From NCBI GenBank assembly GCA_951406725.2, contig OX597820.1, forward strand, positions 116,126,001-116,190,000: 64,000 bases of DNA, written 5' to 3'. Shown piece after piece: positions 50,701-62,440 of this stretch (position 1 is its first letter; each line of letters starts with the position of its first letter). This DNA is from Octopus vulgaris. Its lineage: Eukaryota. Position numbers and translations under genes: made by a program. The notes beneath the pieces were generated by a model. That model was not told the DNA's origin. It made no database searches and worked only from the letters and a program-made list of their open reading frames with translations.

Positions 50701-51041
50701 AGGCAAAGAGAAGGCAATAAGATGTTAAAAAACATTGACTGCTTTGCAATGTAAGATGTACAAAAAACATTATCTTGCAGTAAATTAAAATTAGTTTTCT
50801 AATTGAATCATGTAGTTGAAATCCTCATTAATTTAAGATCCTCGAAAGCCATGCATTGATAAAAATAAAATTGGAATTCTTAAGAATTTTCTAGACAGTG
50901 TAGACTTTAATAATTGCTTTCTTTCAGGAAAAGTTATAAATTCATAACCAATTAATAAGTAGCTTTCTTTATTATACTATTGATGTATAATATATGTATA
51001 TCCCCTTTCCTCAAGTCTGTGTGTATTTATATACATACATA

Positions 51042-51077
<36 letters not shown>

Positions 51078-51082
<5 letters not shown>

Positions 51083-51356
51083 TCATCATCGTTTAAAATC
51101 CGCTTTCCATGAAACATACTGGACGGTTCAACTGGGGTCTCAAGCTCAGATGATGCACAGGCCAGTCAGATCTGGCAGTGTTTCTACAGCTGGATGCCCT
51201 TCCTAACGCCAAGGCACTCTGAGAGTGTAGTGGGTGATTTAATGTGCCACCGACACAGGTGCCAGACGAGAAATATAAAACGCTCGGATGGTGTTTATGT
51301 GCCACCGACACAGGTGCCAGACGAGTGGCAGACGGCACGCTCGGATGGTGTTTTTA

Positions 51357-51362
<6 letters not shown>
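51078..51362 (-). mobile_element. Short retroposon family C with head repeats of about 55-60 bp
   Basis: Core plus duplicated ATGTGCCACCGACACAGGTGCCAGACGAG units. Confidence 0.7.
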
Positions 51363-51408
<46 letters not shown>

Positions 51409-51726
51409 CATACAGAAACTAAACTCTCTTTCACTCCCTTTTCTTGTAGGTGTGCTGAAAACCCCAAACCAACACCGCAAGACAGTGGCACTCATTCTCC
51501 ACCTGGGGATCTGTCAATCACGTTCTACATAAGCTTACCCACAAGACACAAATGCTAAACTAGTGTAAAGTTGTTTCCTTTTCTTCAAAGAAAGAACTTT
51601 GCACTCCTCAAACTCTTTTGTTCTTGCAGTGTATGCCCAATGTTAAGATAAAGTCAAGACTGCTATGCTTGTGTGAGAATGCATGAGACTAGCAAAACAA
51701 GTAATGGGGTCTCCAGGTCTTGCAGT

Positions 51727-51931
51727 ACTCTTACTCTTTGACTCTTTTACTTGTTTCAGTCATTTGACTGCGGCCATGCTGGAGCACCACCTTTAATCGA
51801 GCAACTCGACCCCGGGACTTATTCTTTTGTAAGCCCAGTACTTATTCTATCAGTCTCTTTTGCCGAACCGCTAAGTAACAGGGACATGAACACACCAGCA
51901 TCGGTTGTCAATGCTAGGGGGACAAACACAG

Positions 51932-51968
<37 letters not shown>

Positions 51969-52139
51969 CATATATACGACGGGCTTCTTTCAGTTTCCGT
52001 CTACCAAATCCACTCACAAGGCTTTGGTCGGCCCGAGGCTATAGTAGAAGATACTTGCCCAAGGTGCTACGCAGTAGGACTGAACCTGGAACCATGTGGT
52101 TGGTAAACAAGCTACTTACCACATAGCCACTCCTGCGCC
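51727..52139 (-). mobile_element. SINE family A
   Basis: Full-length reverse copy. Confidence 0.9.
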
Positions 52140-54044
52140 TTGTAACTTTGTATATGTCCAGGCCATAAAACATCATACCAGATGCTTACTTGAGATCATG
52201 TCTTCAAGTCCAGTATGACAGTTATGTTGTCACCTGCACCAGATGCTTTGGTCAGCCAGCAACCACCAACTTTGAAACGAGAGAGGAAGGTTATTTATTT
52301 CTTCCATGTCACATGTGAATGAAATGCAAACATGCTACTAAGCAGACTCAAGAGGGCGATTGGTAACATGTAACCCAGTGCAGTCTGTTGCACAGTTGGG
52401 TCATCAGTGACTAAGTTGGTAACATTAATGAAGAAATTGATTTTCGGACATCCTGTAGGATGGGAAAAAAAGACCTGTCAAAGGGTTGATGAACTGAAAG
52501 GAATCAATGGTCATCCAAATATGTTTACATATTCACATTAAACATGTGTATATATGTGGTTAGCAACACGTTCGCATTTAATCGTCCCTCCCTTTTGCTC
52601 TCTCTCTCTCTCTTTCTCTCACACATAATGAGTGGGTGAGTGGCTGTGTTTGTGTATGTGAGAATGAGTGTGTATGCGTATACGTGCCATAGATTAAAAT
52701 CCCAGTGAAAGTGTTGCCAAAATCAAGTTGAGACAGTTTCGCATTGAAAGGCGTGTCGAAAGAAGCAGTGGTTCCAGGTACAACAATGAAAGAGCTCAAA
52801 ATATATTTTGGCCCAGCAGGGGGCAGAAAAAAAAGTATTTTTGCTCTCGGGCATTGAGAAATCTTGCTACACCACTATTTGTCTTTTATATCCCTGGAGT
52901 CACTAACACAATATAAGTAGTAATATGAACGTATCTGGTACTGCATTAAAATAAACCGAAATCTTACGTGTCAAGGTATACTCACTTGGAAGTTAGTATC
53001 TGGAAAATATATGCCTGGATGGTATCGTGTTGCAATTCCTGTAGATGTAAGATGTAAGTCATTTCTGCGTGAGGCTTGTACTGGTTGAAACATCGTAGCC
53101 ATGATGTGAAGAGAAGCTTTCTTTATTGCCGAAATACAAAACAATGAATTAGGAAGTGCTGAAATAAAGCAACTAAACTGAGTGAAGTTGACAGTCTGTT
53201 TATATAAGGGAGATTACTCTTATTGCATAGTTACCACTTATGATCCGGCCGTTCGATTTTTTAGGGCAGTTTCTCATACAAACAAATTAAATAGATAAAT
53301 AAGAGATGGATTTGACAAAAATCATATGTTTTGATCTTTTTTTTACAGTATTGAATTTATAAATGAGCCAGCGGCTTCAGCCGTGTATTCAACATACCTG
53401 AAGAATAACATTTGAAGTAATATTAGTTGAACCAACACTACCTAAATTTGAACTCTCATATTATTACGTAATTATGACAGTCGCTTTAATATCACAAGAC
53501 ATGACCTGTCTACCACTTTGACACTTTAACGGCGACAATAATCATACCTTATTTTAATAATACTTTTTATCTATACAATGATAAATAAAAGACTAGAGGC
53601 ATTTTTTAAAGTAAAAATAAAGCTGCATGAAAAAGATAGCCAAGAAACAAACCGAAGCAAAGGCCATTTTCTTCTGTCATAGTTCAACATTTATCATGGC
53701 ACCAGCAGAGAAGCTGAAAGAACTTTTTATCTACTATATGCACAAGGTTTGAAATTTTGGGGAAGTGGGCAGTCGATTACACTAATCCCATAGCTCATCG
53801 GGTATTTGCTTTATCGACTACGAAAGGATGAACGGCAAAGTCGACCTGAGCAGTGTATATATTCTCTATACCAGAGATTCTCAAACTTTTTGGACCACCG
53901 CCCCCGTCATGGCCATATAATACCTTCAGCGCCCCACCCCTATTTTGATGTATAAATAAATATTTTATATTTTACTAATTTATATATTCTATGAACCATT
54001 TGATATTTAATATAATATTATATAAGTTGTGTACAATACTATAA

Positions 54045-54320
54045 TAATGTAAAGTATACTAGCCATCTCAATATGGCTAACCACTAAGGGTGGGTGTTAC
54101 TGTAGCTTGTAGCCACAGGAGATCATCGTCTCCAGCTGGCTTTAGGCACATTTTCTGTGCCCTTATGGTATTTGCCTAAAGCCAGCTGGAGACGATGATC
54201 TCCTGGGGCTACAAGCTACAGTAACACCCACCCTTAGTGGATAGCCATATTGAGATGGTTAGTATACCTCACATTGTCGTGCAGTTACTGTTTACATCTC
54301 GTTCAGAGATCTATTATTAC
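54045..54320. mobile_element. Penelope-like fold-back, same family as 24692-25057, truncated before the hammerhead; lies inside a hAT-like MITE starting at about 53872
   Basis: Arms about 54045-54149 and 54173-54276 are inverted; one-sided tail GTTTACATCTCGTTCAGAGATCTATT matches the 24.7-kb end; host starts CAGAGATTCTCAAACTTTTT. Confidence 0.7.
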
Positions 54321-54366
54321 TGTAATAATATTATCATAAATTCATAGCGTCCCCCAATCCACTGCG

Positions 54367-54686
54367 TTCTTCTTCTTCTTAGCTGAGATGGCGAAAACGA
54401 AAGGATGTCGGATTAAATACCTTGCAATATTTCACTTAGTGTATAGCATATGTTCTCAAAGTGGGCGCTACCGTCCCCCGGTGGGCGTTAAGACGGTCCA
54501 GATGGGCGCTGGTGCTTAAGGGAGCGGTATAGAAAAAGCACCAGCGCCCATCTGGACCGTCTTAACGCCCACCGGGGGACGGTAGCGCCCACTTTGAGAA
54601 CATATGCTATACACTAAGTGAAATATTGCAAGGTATTTAATCCGACATCCTTTCGTTTTCGCCATCTCAGCTAAGAAGAAGAAGAA
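54367..54686. repeat. Apparently perfect 151-bp inverted repeat with 18-nt spacer
   Basis: 54367-54517 is the reverse complement of 54536-54686; no mismatch seen by eye. Confidence 0.92.
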
Positions 54687-54857
54687 GAAGGTAAACCTGT
54701 GTGGTTGCAAGACGGCTAAGAAGCCCTTTTACAACCATATGGTTTCGGGTTCAGTCCCACTGCGCGGCACCTTGAGCAAGTATCTTTTGCTATAGCCCCG
54801 AGTCGACCGATGTTTTGGGAGTAAATTTGGTAGACGGAAACTGTGTGGAAGCCCATC

Positions 54858-54926
<69 letters not shown>

Positions 54927-56656
54927 GAGTTGGGCGTAAGTCCGTTAATCCATTAATCGTTAATTAGCGAAGTTAACATTTTCAGTAACGATCTAAATTT
55001 TAGTTGGCTTTGAAAATCATTATCGGACTAATTGATTTAAGTTACTTTTAGCTTTCGTTAACTCAAGTCCGTTAACCCCAAAATTTCATAAAAAAACAGT
55101 AAACGTTTAAAAGTTTCTACCATTTTCAGATTGTCTTAGCATATTCAATATTGTACGCATCATTCTTTCAACCTCGATATAACGCCATTTATTATTACAA
55201 ATAACTTGAAATAAAATCCACACCCTTGTTGCTAGCAAAGGTAGCGGGAAAATTCTTTGTCCTGTCAAAAGGGAACAGTGTTTGATATGTTTCCACTTGT
55301 TCCTTGACCTCGTTAAGGTGGATGTCAACAGAGAAAATATTGACTTCCATAAAGTCGAAAAAATAAATGGAAGGAAAATGTTGGTAAATATTTCGGTGTG
55401 AACGCAAATAGCTGTTATGTGGTAGCAGGGCATGCTATAAATAGAAGCCAAATCTATCCTTTTCTGGAAAAAGGAGTCCTTTACGCGTGATTTCAGTGTC
55501 ACATTCGTTGAAAGCATGCAAAATAACCTAGAAAAGAAAAAAGAGACCCGCGAAGCAAACCTCCCTTGGTGAGAAACTTCGAGGTCCCCACCACCTCTCC
55601 GACCTTTCTTTTCAGGAAAAAGTGGCTGGCGGCGCATTTGGCGGTCAGATACATCGAATGCACCCCCCCCCCCCAAAAAAAACTGTGGAAAAAATTATTC
55701 CACTCCAAGGTACGAAATATTTGGCGAAAGAATAAAATCTTGTACCGATTTTACCTGTATTTTAATTAATTCAAATTAATGCATCTCATCTTGAAAAGTG
55801 GAAAAAAGTTTTGTCGCATAGTTTTAATAAGAAATCAAACAGGTAAGATGTATTAAAAATTTCAATTTTAGTGTTTATCCATAATGTTTTATACATGTTA
55901 ATTAAATTTACCTGCCCATAAAAATCAAATTTATTCGGCAAGATCAGCTAAAGTTTCATAACTATAAACCAGTGGTATATAAAGCATCCACTGACAAAAT
56001 TTCTCTATGTAAAAAATTTACAAAGTTACAAAAAAAATATTGTGGATAGCCCTCTTGAACCTGAATAATTCAAAATAATGTGAACAAATAAGCATTACAT
56101 TTGACAGATATATGAACACTAAAGATGTTTTTAGGTGGTTTTTCTTACACACACACCCATAACACGGCCTCGGTCGATTGGGACTACAAGTGTGTTACTT
56201 TGACATCCTCATTCCATGAAATTTGTTTATGGGGAGAAAAATATTGAAAAATATCAATATATGTGTGAGTGAGAAAGAAACGAGGTGGGAGGCTTTGGGA
56301 TGTGCTAGAAACAACAGTCAGATCTCCCTTAAATGACACATTTTCCTCTGAAATTATTAAATTTTTAAAAAACCGAAAATGCTTCTCTCACAGGTTTTAA
56401 GTGCATACTAAAAAAAAAAAAACATTTCGGATTGGGGTGGGAGTGAAGAAAAAATTTTCAAACTTTTTTCTTTTTTTTCGTGAAAGATGCCTCTCATCAT
56501 TCTGAAGACTTTGGTGAAAAACATCGCAAAATCATTGGTTGTCAAGTGGTGATGGTGGTGGTGATGATGGGGATGGGGAGGAACAAACACTGACACAAAG
56601 ACACATACATAGATACATGAATATGTGCACACACACACACACGTGTATATGTGCCA

Positions 56657-56697
56657 CTGATGAGAACCCAATAAGGTTCGAAAATCGATTAAAGTTG
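56657..56697 (+). ncRNA. Hammerhead core lacking the 5' strand of stem I
   Basis: CTGATGA GAACC-caataa-GGTTC GAAA ATCGAT TA; core and stems II/III intact, flanks do not pair. Confidence 0.6.
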
Positions 56698-56764
56698 TTC
56701 ATCATTTTTTCAGTCTGCGGAGAAATGGCTAAAAATTTGCCGTTTATAATTATACCATATATAT

Positions 56765-56980
56765 CTTTTACTCTTTTACTTGTTTCAGTCATTTGACTGC
56801 GGCCATGCTGGAGCACCGCCTTTAATCGAGCAACTCGACCCCGGGACTTATTCTTTTGTAAGCCCAGTACTTATTCTATCGGTCTCTTTTGCCGAACCGC
56901 TAAGTAACGGGGACATAAACACACCAGCATCGGTTGTCAAGCAATGCTAGGGGACAAACACAGACACACAAACACACACA

Positions 56981-57024
<44 letters not shown>

Positions 57025-57350
57025 TACGACGGGCTTCTTTCAGTTTCCGTCTACCAAATCCACTCAGAAGGCTTTGGTCGGCCCGAGGCTATAGTAGAGC
57101 TGCCCAGGGTGCCACGCAGTGGGACTGAACCCGGAACCATGTGGTTGGTAGACAAGCTACTTAGCACACAGCCACTCCTATATATATATACGACGGGCTT
57201 CTTTCAGTTTCCGCCTACCAAATCCACTCACAAGGCTTCGATCGATCCGAGGTTATAATAGAAGACATTTGCCCAAGGTGCTACGATGTGGGACTGAACC
57301 CGGAACCATGTAGTTGGGAAGCATGCTTCTTACCACACAGCTGCACCTCC
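56765..57350 (-). mobile_element. SINE family A, full copy plus adjacent 5' half copy
   Basis: Copies at 56765-57179 and 57190-57350. Confidence 0.85.
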
Positions 57351-57914
57351 GCTTGAGTTTCCATGGAGAGAGAGAGAGAGATAGAAAGAGAGAGGGAGAG
57401 AGAAAGAAAGATAGAGGGAGATAGAAAGAGAGAGGGAGAGAGAAAGAGAGGAGAGAGAGTGAGAGAGAGAGAAGGAAAGTAACTAAAAGCGGTCTTCCCA
57501 GTGCAGCGTCACTATGGCCGAATCGTTAGTCCACCGGGCACGTCCGTCTTAACGTCCTCAGTTCAAATGCTGCCGAGATCGACTTTGCCTTTCATTCTTT
57601 CAGGGTCGATAAAATAGTACCAGTTAAGGTACTGGAGTCGATGTAATCGACTTACCCCCTCCTTCCAAAATTGCTGGTCTTGTTTCAGAATGTCAAACTG
57701 ATATTATATTATTAGTGATGAGTGAAGTGGGAAGCTCAAACACTACCCTAGACGGTACAAACCCCGATGTTTTTATTAGAATGAAAGTATTACGGAGATG
57801 TACTTGCATAGCAAGTGACCTGATCTGAGATCGCGTGCTGGAAGGTGTTTATAAACCATTTAAGAAACACACAAAAACCGTTAGATTCACTTCAACATTT
57901 AAATTTAAATTTAA

Positions 57915-58309
57915 CTAGCAGTATCGCCCGGCGTTGCTCGGGTTTGTAAGGGAAATAACTATATAAGCATTTTTAGAGATGTAAAGTATAATAGCCATCT
58001 CAATATGGCTAACCACAAAGGGGGTGTTACTGTAGCTTTTTACGTTCTGAGATTTAATAATAAATTTTTAGAGAGTTACTTCCCTTATATATGCCAAAAA
58101 TGCATTAAAAAATGGGAAAAATTTATGGTAAATTTTTTTAAAAGTCGTAGACTCATCGTAGACGCACGCTAATACCCAGAAGGGCTCGATATAAATCATG
58201 ACTATAAGATACCCGGTTTTGGTTAAACTGCACCGCAAAATGTGGGAGTAGTTAGGAATCTAAATCGTAGGAGACAGACAGCACACAACCTCACTTTTAT
58301 ATATAAAGA
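57915..58309 (-). mobile_element. Non-autonomous Helitron, copy 1
   Basis: Minus strand 5' TC ... subterminal hairpin CCCGAGCAACGCCGGG ... CTAG 3'. Confidence 0.85.
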
Positions 58310-58826
58310 CTAGCAGTATCGGCCGGCGTTGCTCGGGTTTGTAAGGGAAATAACTATATAAGCATTTTTAGAGAGTTACTTCTTTTATAGATGCCAATTC
58401 GGGCTTTCTTAGCCATTTCTGTTTTGGTGTCTTCAAGCCATGAAGTCGTTGTTCTAAAAGAACGCTGGTCTCCTTGACAACGCATTACGACGTTGATTTC
58501 CTTAAACTCCCTTCCCCACAGCTTCACGAGGGAGGGAAGAAGGGGGAGAAGCAAACACAGGTGCAGGTGTTTGAGTGTGGACGCCAACTCCGCCGCCATC
58601 GACACACGAAAAATTATGCATTAAAATGGAATAAAAAATGATGTTAAATTATTTTTAAAATCGTAGACTCATCGTAGACGCGCGCTAATAGCCAGACGGG
58701 CTCGATATGAATCACGACTATAAAATACCCGAATTTGGTTAAACTGCACCGCAAAATGTGGGAGGAGTTAGGAATCTAAATCGTAGGAGACAGACACTCA
58801 CACAACTACAGTTTTATATATATAGA
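58310..58826 (-). mobile_element. Non-autonomous Helitron, copy 2 (head-to-tail with copy 1)
   Basis: 5' TCTATATATATAAAACTGTAG ... hairpin ... CTAG; the pair sits between A and T with no TSD. Confidence 0.85.
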
Positions 58827-58877
58827 TTTGTCAAAATATTTTCGTCGCTTTGAGACCGCGACCTGTTCACTGACAAA
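58827..58877 (-). ncRNA. Hammerhead-like motif with G3:C8 core (left arm)
   Basis: Reverse complement of 58895-58945, differing only in the stem II loop. Confidence 0.6.
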
Positions 58878-58894
58878 TTCCGTGCTGCCGGAAT

Positions 58895-58945
58895 TTTGTC
58901 AGTGAACAGGTCGCGGTCTGAAAGCGACGAAAATATTTTGACAAA
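58895..58945 (+). ncRNA. Hammerhead-like motif with G3:C8 core (right arm)
   Basis: TTTGTCA GTGAACA g GTCGC-ggtctgaaa-GCGAC GAAA ATAT TT TGACAAA; 7-bp stem I, 5-bp stem II, palindromic stem III. Confidence 0.62.
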
Positions 58946-59103
58946 TTAAATTTAAATTTATATGTTGAAGTGAATCTAACGGTTTTTGTGTGTTTCTTAA
59001 ATGGCTTATAAACACCTTCCACGCTGCAACGAAAGTATTGTTGTGGAGAAATGAGAAGCTGCGAGTAGACTTCACACCCTAGTCACAACTCACTGCAGCC
59101 TAT

Positions 59104-59262
59104 TGCAGGCATGGACATCTTTTTTGGGAGAAGCGGGCCACATGAAACATGGATCATCATCAAGCGGGCCGCTCTATTAAAAAAAAAAATTGGAGGTAAT
59201 TTTCCGTTACGCGTGCTCTTCAGAAAATCCCGCGGGCCGCAATTTGCCCATAGTTGGCCAGT
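59104..59262. mobile_element. hAT-like MITE
   Basis: CAGGCATGGACA... / ...TTGCCCATAGTTG ends with internal GCGGGCCGC motifs; relative at 61826-62598. Confidence 0.55.
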
Positions 59263-59264
59263 TG

Positions 59265-59341
59265 TGTGTATGTGAGAAAAAGAGAGGAGAGAGAAAAGGG
59301 GAAAAGAGAGAGGTTAGAGGAAGACAGGGAGAGAGTGTGTG

Positions 59342-59383
<42 letters not shown>

Positions 59384-59665
59384 TGCGTGTGTGTGTGAGA
59401 GTGAGTGTGTATGAGTGAAAAAGAGAGTGAGTGTGTGTGTGTGTATGAGAGAAAAAGAGAGAGTGTGTGTGTACGAGAGGGTGAGGGTGTGTGTGTGTGA
59501 GAGAGAGAACGAGAGTGTGTATGAGAGAGTGAGTGTGTGTGTGTGTATGAGAGAAAAAGAGAGTGTGTGTGTATGAGAGAGTGAGTGTGTGTGTGTGTAT
59601 GAGAGAGAACGAGAGAGAGTGTGTGTATGAGAGAGTGAGGGAGAGAGAGAGAGAGAGAAAGAGAG
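59265..59665. repeat. (GA)/(GT) compound microsatellite
   Basis: Direct reading. Confidence 0.9.
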
Positions 59666-60227
59666 AAAATTAAAGGCTCGACACTAATAGGATGAATGGC
59701 AAAGCTGACCTGGACTTCATTCTGAACTCAGAATGAATATACATTTGTCAAAAAGTGCTTTTTATTGTCGACAAAAGGCAAATAAAAATAAAACTCCGAT
59801 GTCTCTGACCAAAGTGGAAATCTCCCATAAAAAGATACTCGTTTCCAGTTACCAAAGCAACCAAGTAAGAAAGTTCGCGTCCATCCTTGTTTTTTCTTTT
59901 TTCCCCCCCATCATCATAATGTCGAAAATGAATATAATTGTATATTTCTGAGATGAGGAAATTATATTATGTACACTGTTTAGATTAATCGTACAAATGC
60001 AAACAGTTTACATATCGAAGTCTCGTATTAAATGTAACATTTTTGCAGCTAAACATCCCAGAGGCTCTTCTCTACATAACCATGTCCCGCTTCCAACTCT
60101 CTTGTCTCACAACTTAAGAAAAAGGATGGATTTCTTTTATTGAAATTTAATATAAATGCCTTTCAGATGGCGCAGATTAAGATTATATCGGATTTTAAAG
60201 TAAAAAAAAAAATGATTCTAGTGAGCG

Positions 60228-60635
60228 CACACGCTTACACACACACACGTACGCACGCACACTCACACACACACACAATACATACATACACACACACGCA
60301 CGCACACAATACACATACACACAATACATACATACACAAACATACACACACACGCACATGCACGCACGCACACTCACACACACAATACACATACACACAC
60401 ACAATACATACATACACACACACACAAACATACACACACACACAAACATACACATGCACGCACGCACACATGCACACTCACACACAATACACATACACAC
60501 ACACAATACATACATACATACACACACAAACATACACACACATACATGCACGCACGCACATGCACGCACACACACACACATGCACGTACGCACACGCGCG
60601 CACACACATGCACACTCACACACACACACATGCAT
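60228..60635. repeat. (CA)-rich low-complexity repeat
   Basis: Direct reading. Confidence 0.9.
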
Positions 60636-60921
60636 GTCAGTATGTATGTTCGTGCAACCGCCAATTTGTTTTTCTCTTTTTTTTATTATGTTAGATTCCG
60701 ATGTTTTAAGTGTTATCTACAACATCTGAAAATTACTTGTAGAAAGTTTAATTAAAACATATCCATTTTTCTGAAAGTTATGAGGAAACAAAGTCGGTGT
60801 GTGTGCGTGTGTGTGTGTGTGTGTGTGGGCAAGGTACATTTGCATCGGTATACTCAACCCAAATGTACTGTTTAAATTGAGTTGGGAATTTGATCTTTCA
60901 ACAATTGATTTCAATCGAAAG

Positions 60922-61440
60922 ATGTATGTGTATATGTATGTATGTATGAATGTATGTATGAGTGTATGTGTATGTGTATGTATGTATGAATGTATGTATG
61001 TTTGTATGTATGTATGAGTGTATGTTTATGTATGTATGTATGTATATATGTATGTATGAATGTATGTATGTATGTATGAATGTATGTGTATGTATGTATG
61101 TATGTATGAATGTATGTATGTATGTGTGTGTATGTATGTGTGTATGAATGTATGTATGTATGTATGTTTGTATGAATGTATGTATGTATGAATGTATGTA
61201 TGTATGTATGTATGTTGTATGTTTGTATGAATGTATGTATGTATGTATATATGTATGTATGTATGTATGTATCTATGTACGTATGTATGTATGTATGTAT
61301 GAGTGTATGTATGTCTGTATGTGTATGTATGTGTATGTATGTATGTATGTGTGTGTGTATGTATGTATGTATGTATGAATGTATGTATGTATGTATGAAT
61401 GTATGTATGTATGTAATTATGTATGTATGTATGTATGCAT
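60922..61440. repeat. (TATG)n microsatellite
   Basis: Direct reading. Confidence 0.95.
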
Positions 61441-61929
61441 GCAATGTTCATACACACACAAGACAGATGAAAGATTTACGTATATACACAACCATATGTC
61501 TATACGTTTATATGCTATAATCTCCATAGAGATCTCAAAAAGATGTAGAGATAAATGGTTTTGGAAAATAAATCTCAATCTTTAATTTGTCCATGAATCT
61601 GCAATGAATCCCAATCCTTGTTATCTCTTTTCCATAGCTTCATATCTTCCAAGAAGCCATTCATACCTTTATCTTTGCCATCTTGTACTGCAGAACATGA
61701 AGCCTTATTCAAAGCTAGGTTTTCTTTGAACGTCTGATTTTAAGGATGATATTTCAATCTTAAAATGTCTGATGATGTCATTCCTTGCAGAAATATAGAA
61801 AGACTGTACCCTGTGTTACTCTAAAACAGGAACGGGCAACCATTTTCGAGAAGCGGGCCGCATGAGGTATGACTTATCATCAGGCGGGCCGCACTATTTA
61901 AAAAACTAACAATTCAAGGTAATTACCCA

Positions 61930-62440
61930 AAAGTGGAAAAGCGCAGGAAAGTATACTTCCAGAAGGAGGGAAAAGGATATAAAACCAGGCCTACAAATGA
62001 AATATACGAGATAGACGAAAGATGGAAGGGATACTGGGAGGTGGCCACGGATTTGGAAAGACTAGTAATATATCTACTAATAGAAACGACAAAAAGACCA
62101 GAATTAGTCCTATGGGGCAGAGAATAGGAATTTTGCTAGAACTGACAGTGCCATGGGAAGAGAACATCGGCAATGCAGAGGAATTGAAGGAGAAGAGGTA
62201 TGAAGAACTAATCGAAGAGTGCAGAGAACAGGGATGGAATGTCGAGTATTACCACCTGGCAGTGGGGTCAATGGGTTTCCTTGAAAGAAAAATGACAACG
62301 CTATTCAAAAGATTTGTCTTTTCTAGCCCCGAGCTGCGTAAACTAATAAGGAGAGTACAGGAGGCGGTCGAAAAAAGCCAGCTTCTATATATGGCTGAAG
62401 CGGGAAGACCAAAAATGGCTTGAAAGCCATAACAGCACTA
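61930..62440 (+). mobile_element. HERO/NeSL-like non-LTR retrotransposon 3' fragment inside a hAT-like MITE
   Basis: TTKRPELVLW / ILLELTVPWEENI..AEELKEKRYEELIEECREQGW...VGSMGF, a restriction-like endonuclease signature, frameshifted. Confidence 0.8.

Larger units (their letters stand above)
57792..59030. mobile_element. Penelope-like fold-back element interrupted by Helitrons
   Basis: 9-bp direct repeat GAAAGTATT at 57783-57791 and 59031-59039; left arm (57840-57914 plus 58827-58880) is inverted at 58891-59020. Confidence 0.75.

Noticed and set aside
54060-54170. Twister, pistol or HDV-like ribozyme in the hairpin module
   Set aside because: The required conserved residues and pseudoknot pairings could not be matched consistently in all three copies.
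55107-55676. 189-aa minus-strand ORF as a host gene
   Set aside because: No recognisable domain or clean splice pair; the adjacent CAGAGTTGGGC..TAAC-rich end suggests a DNA transposon relic.
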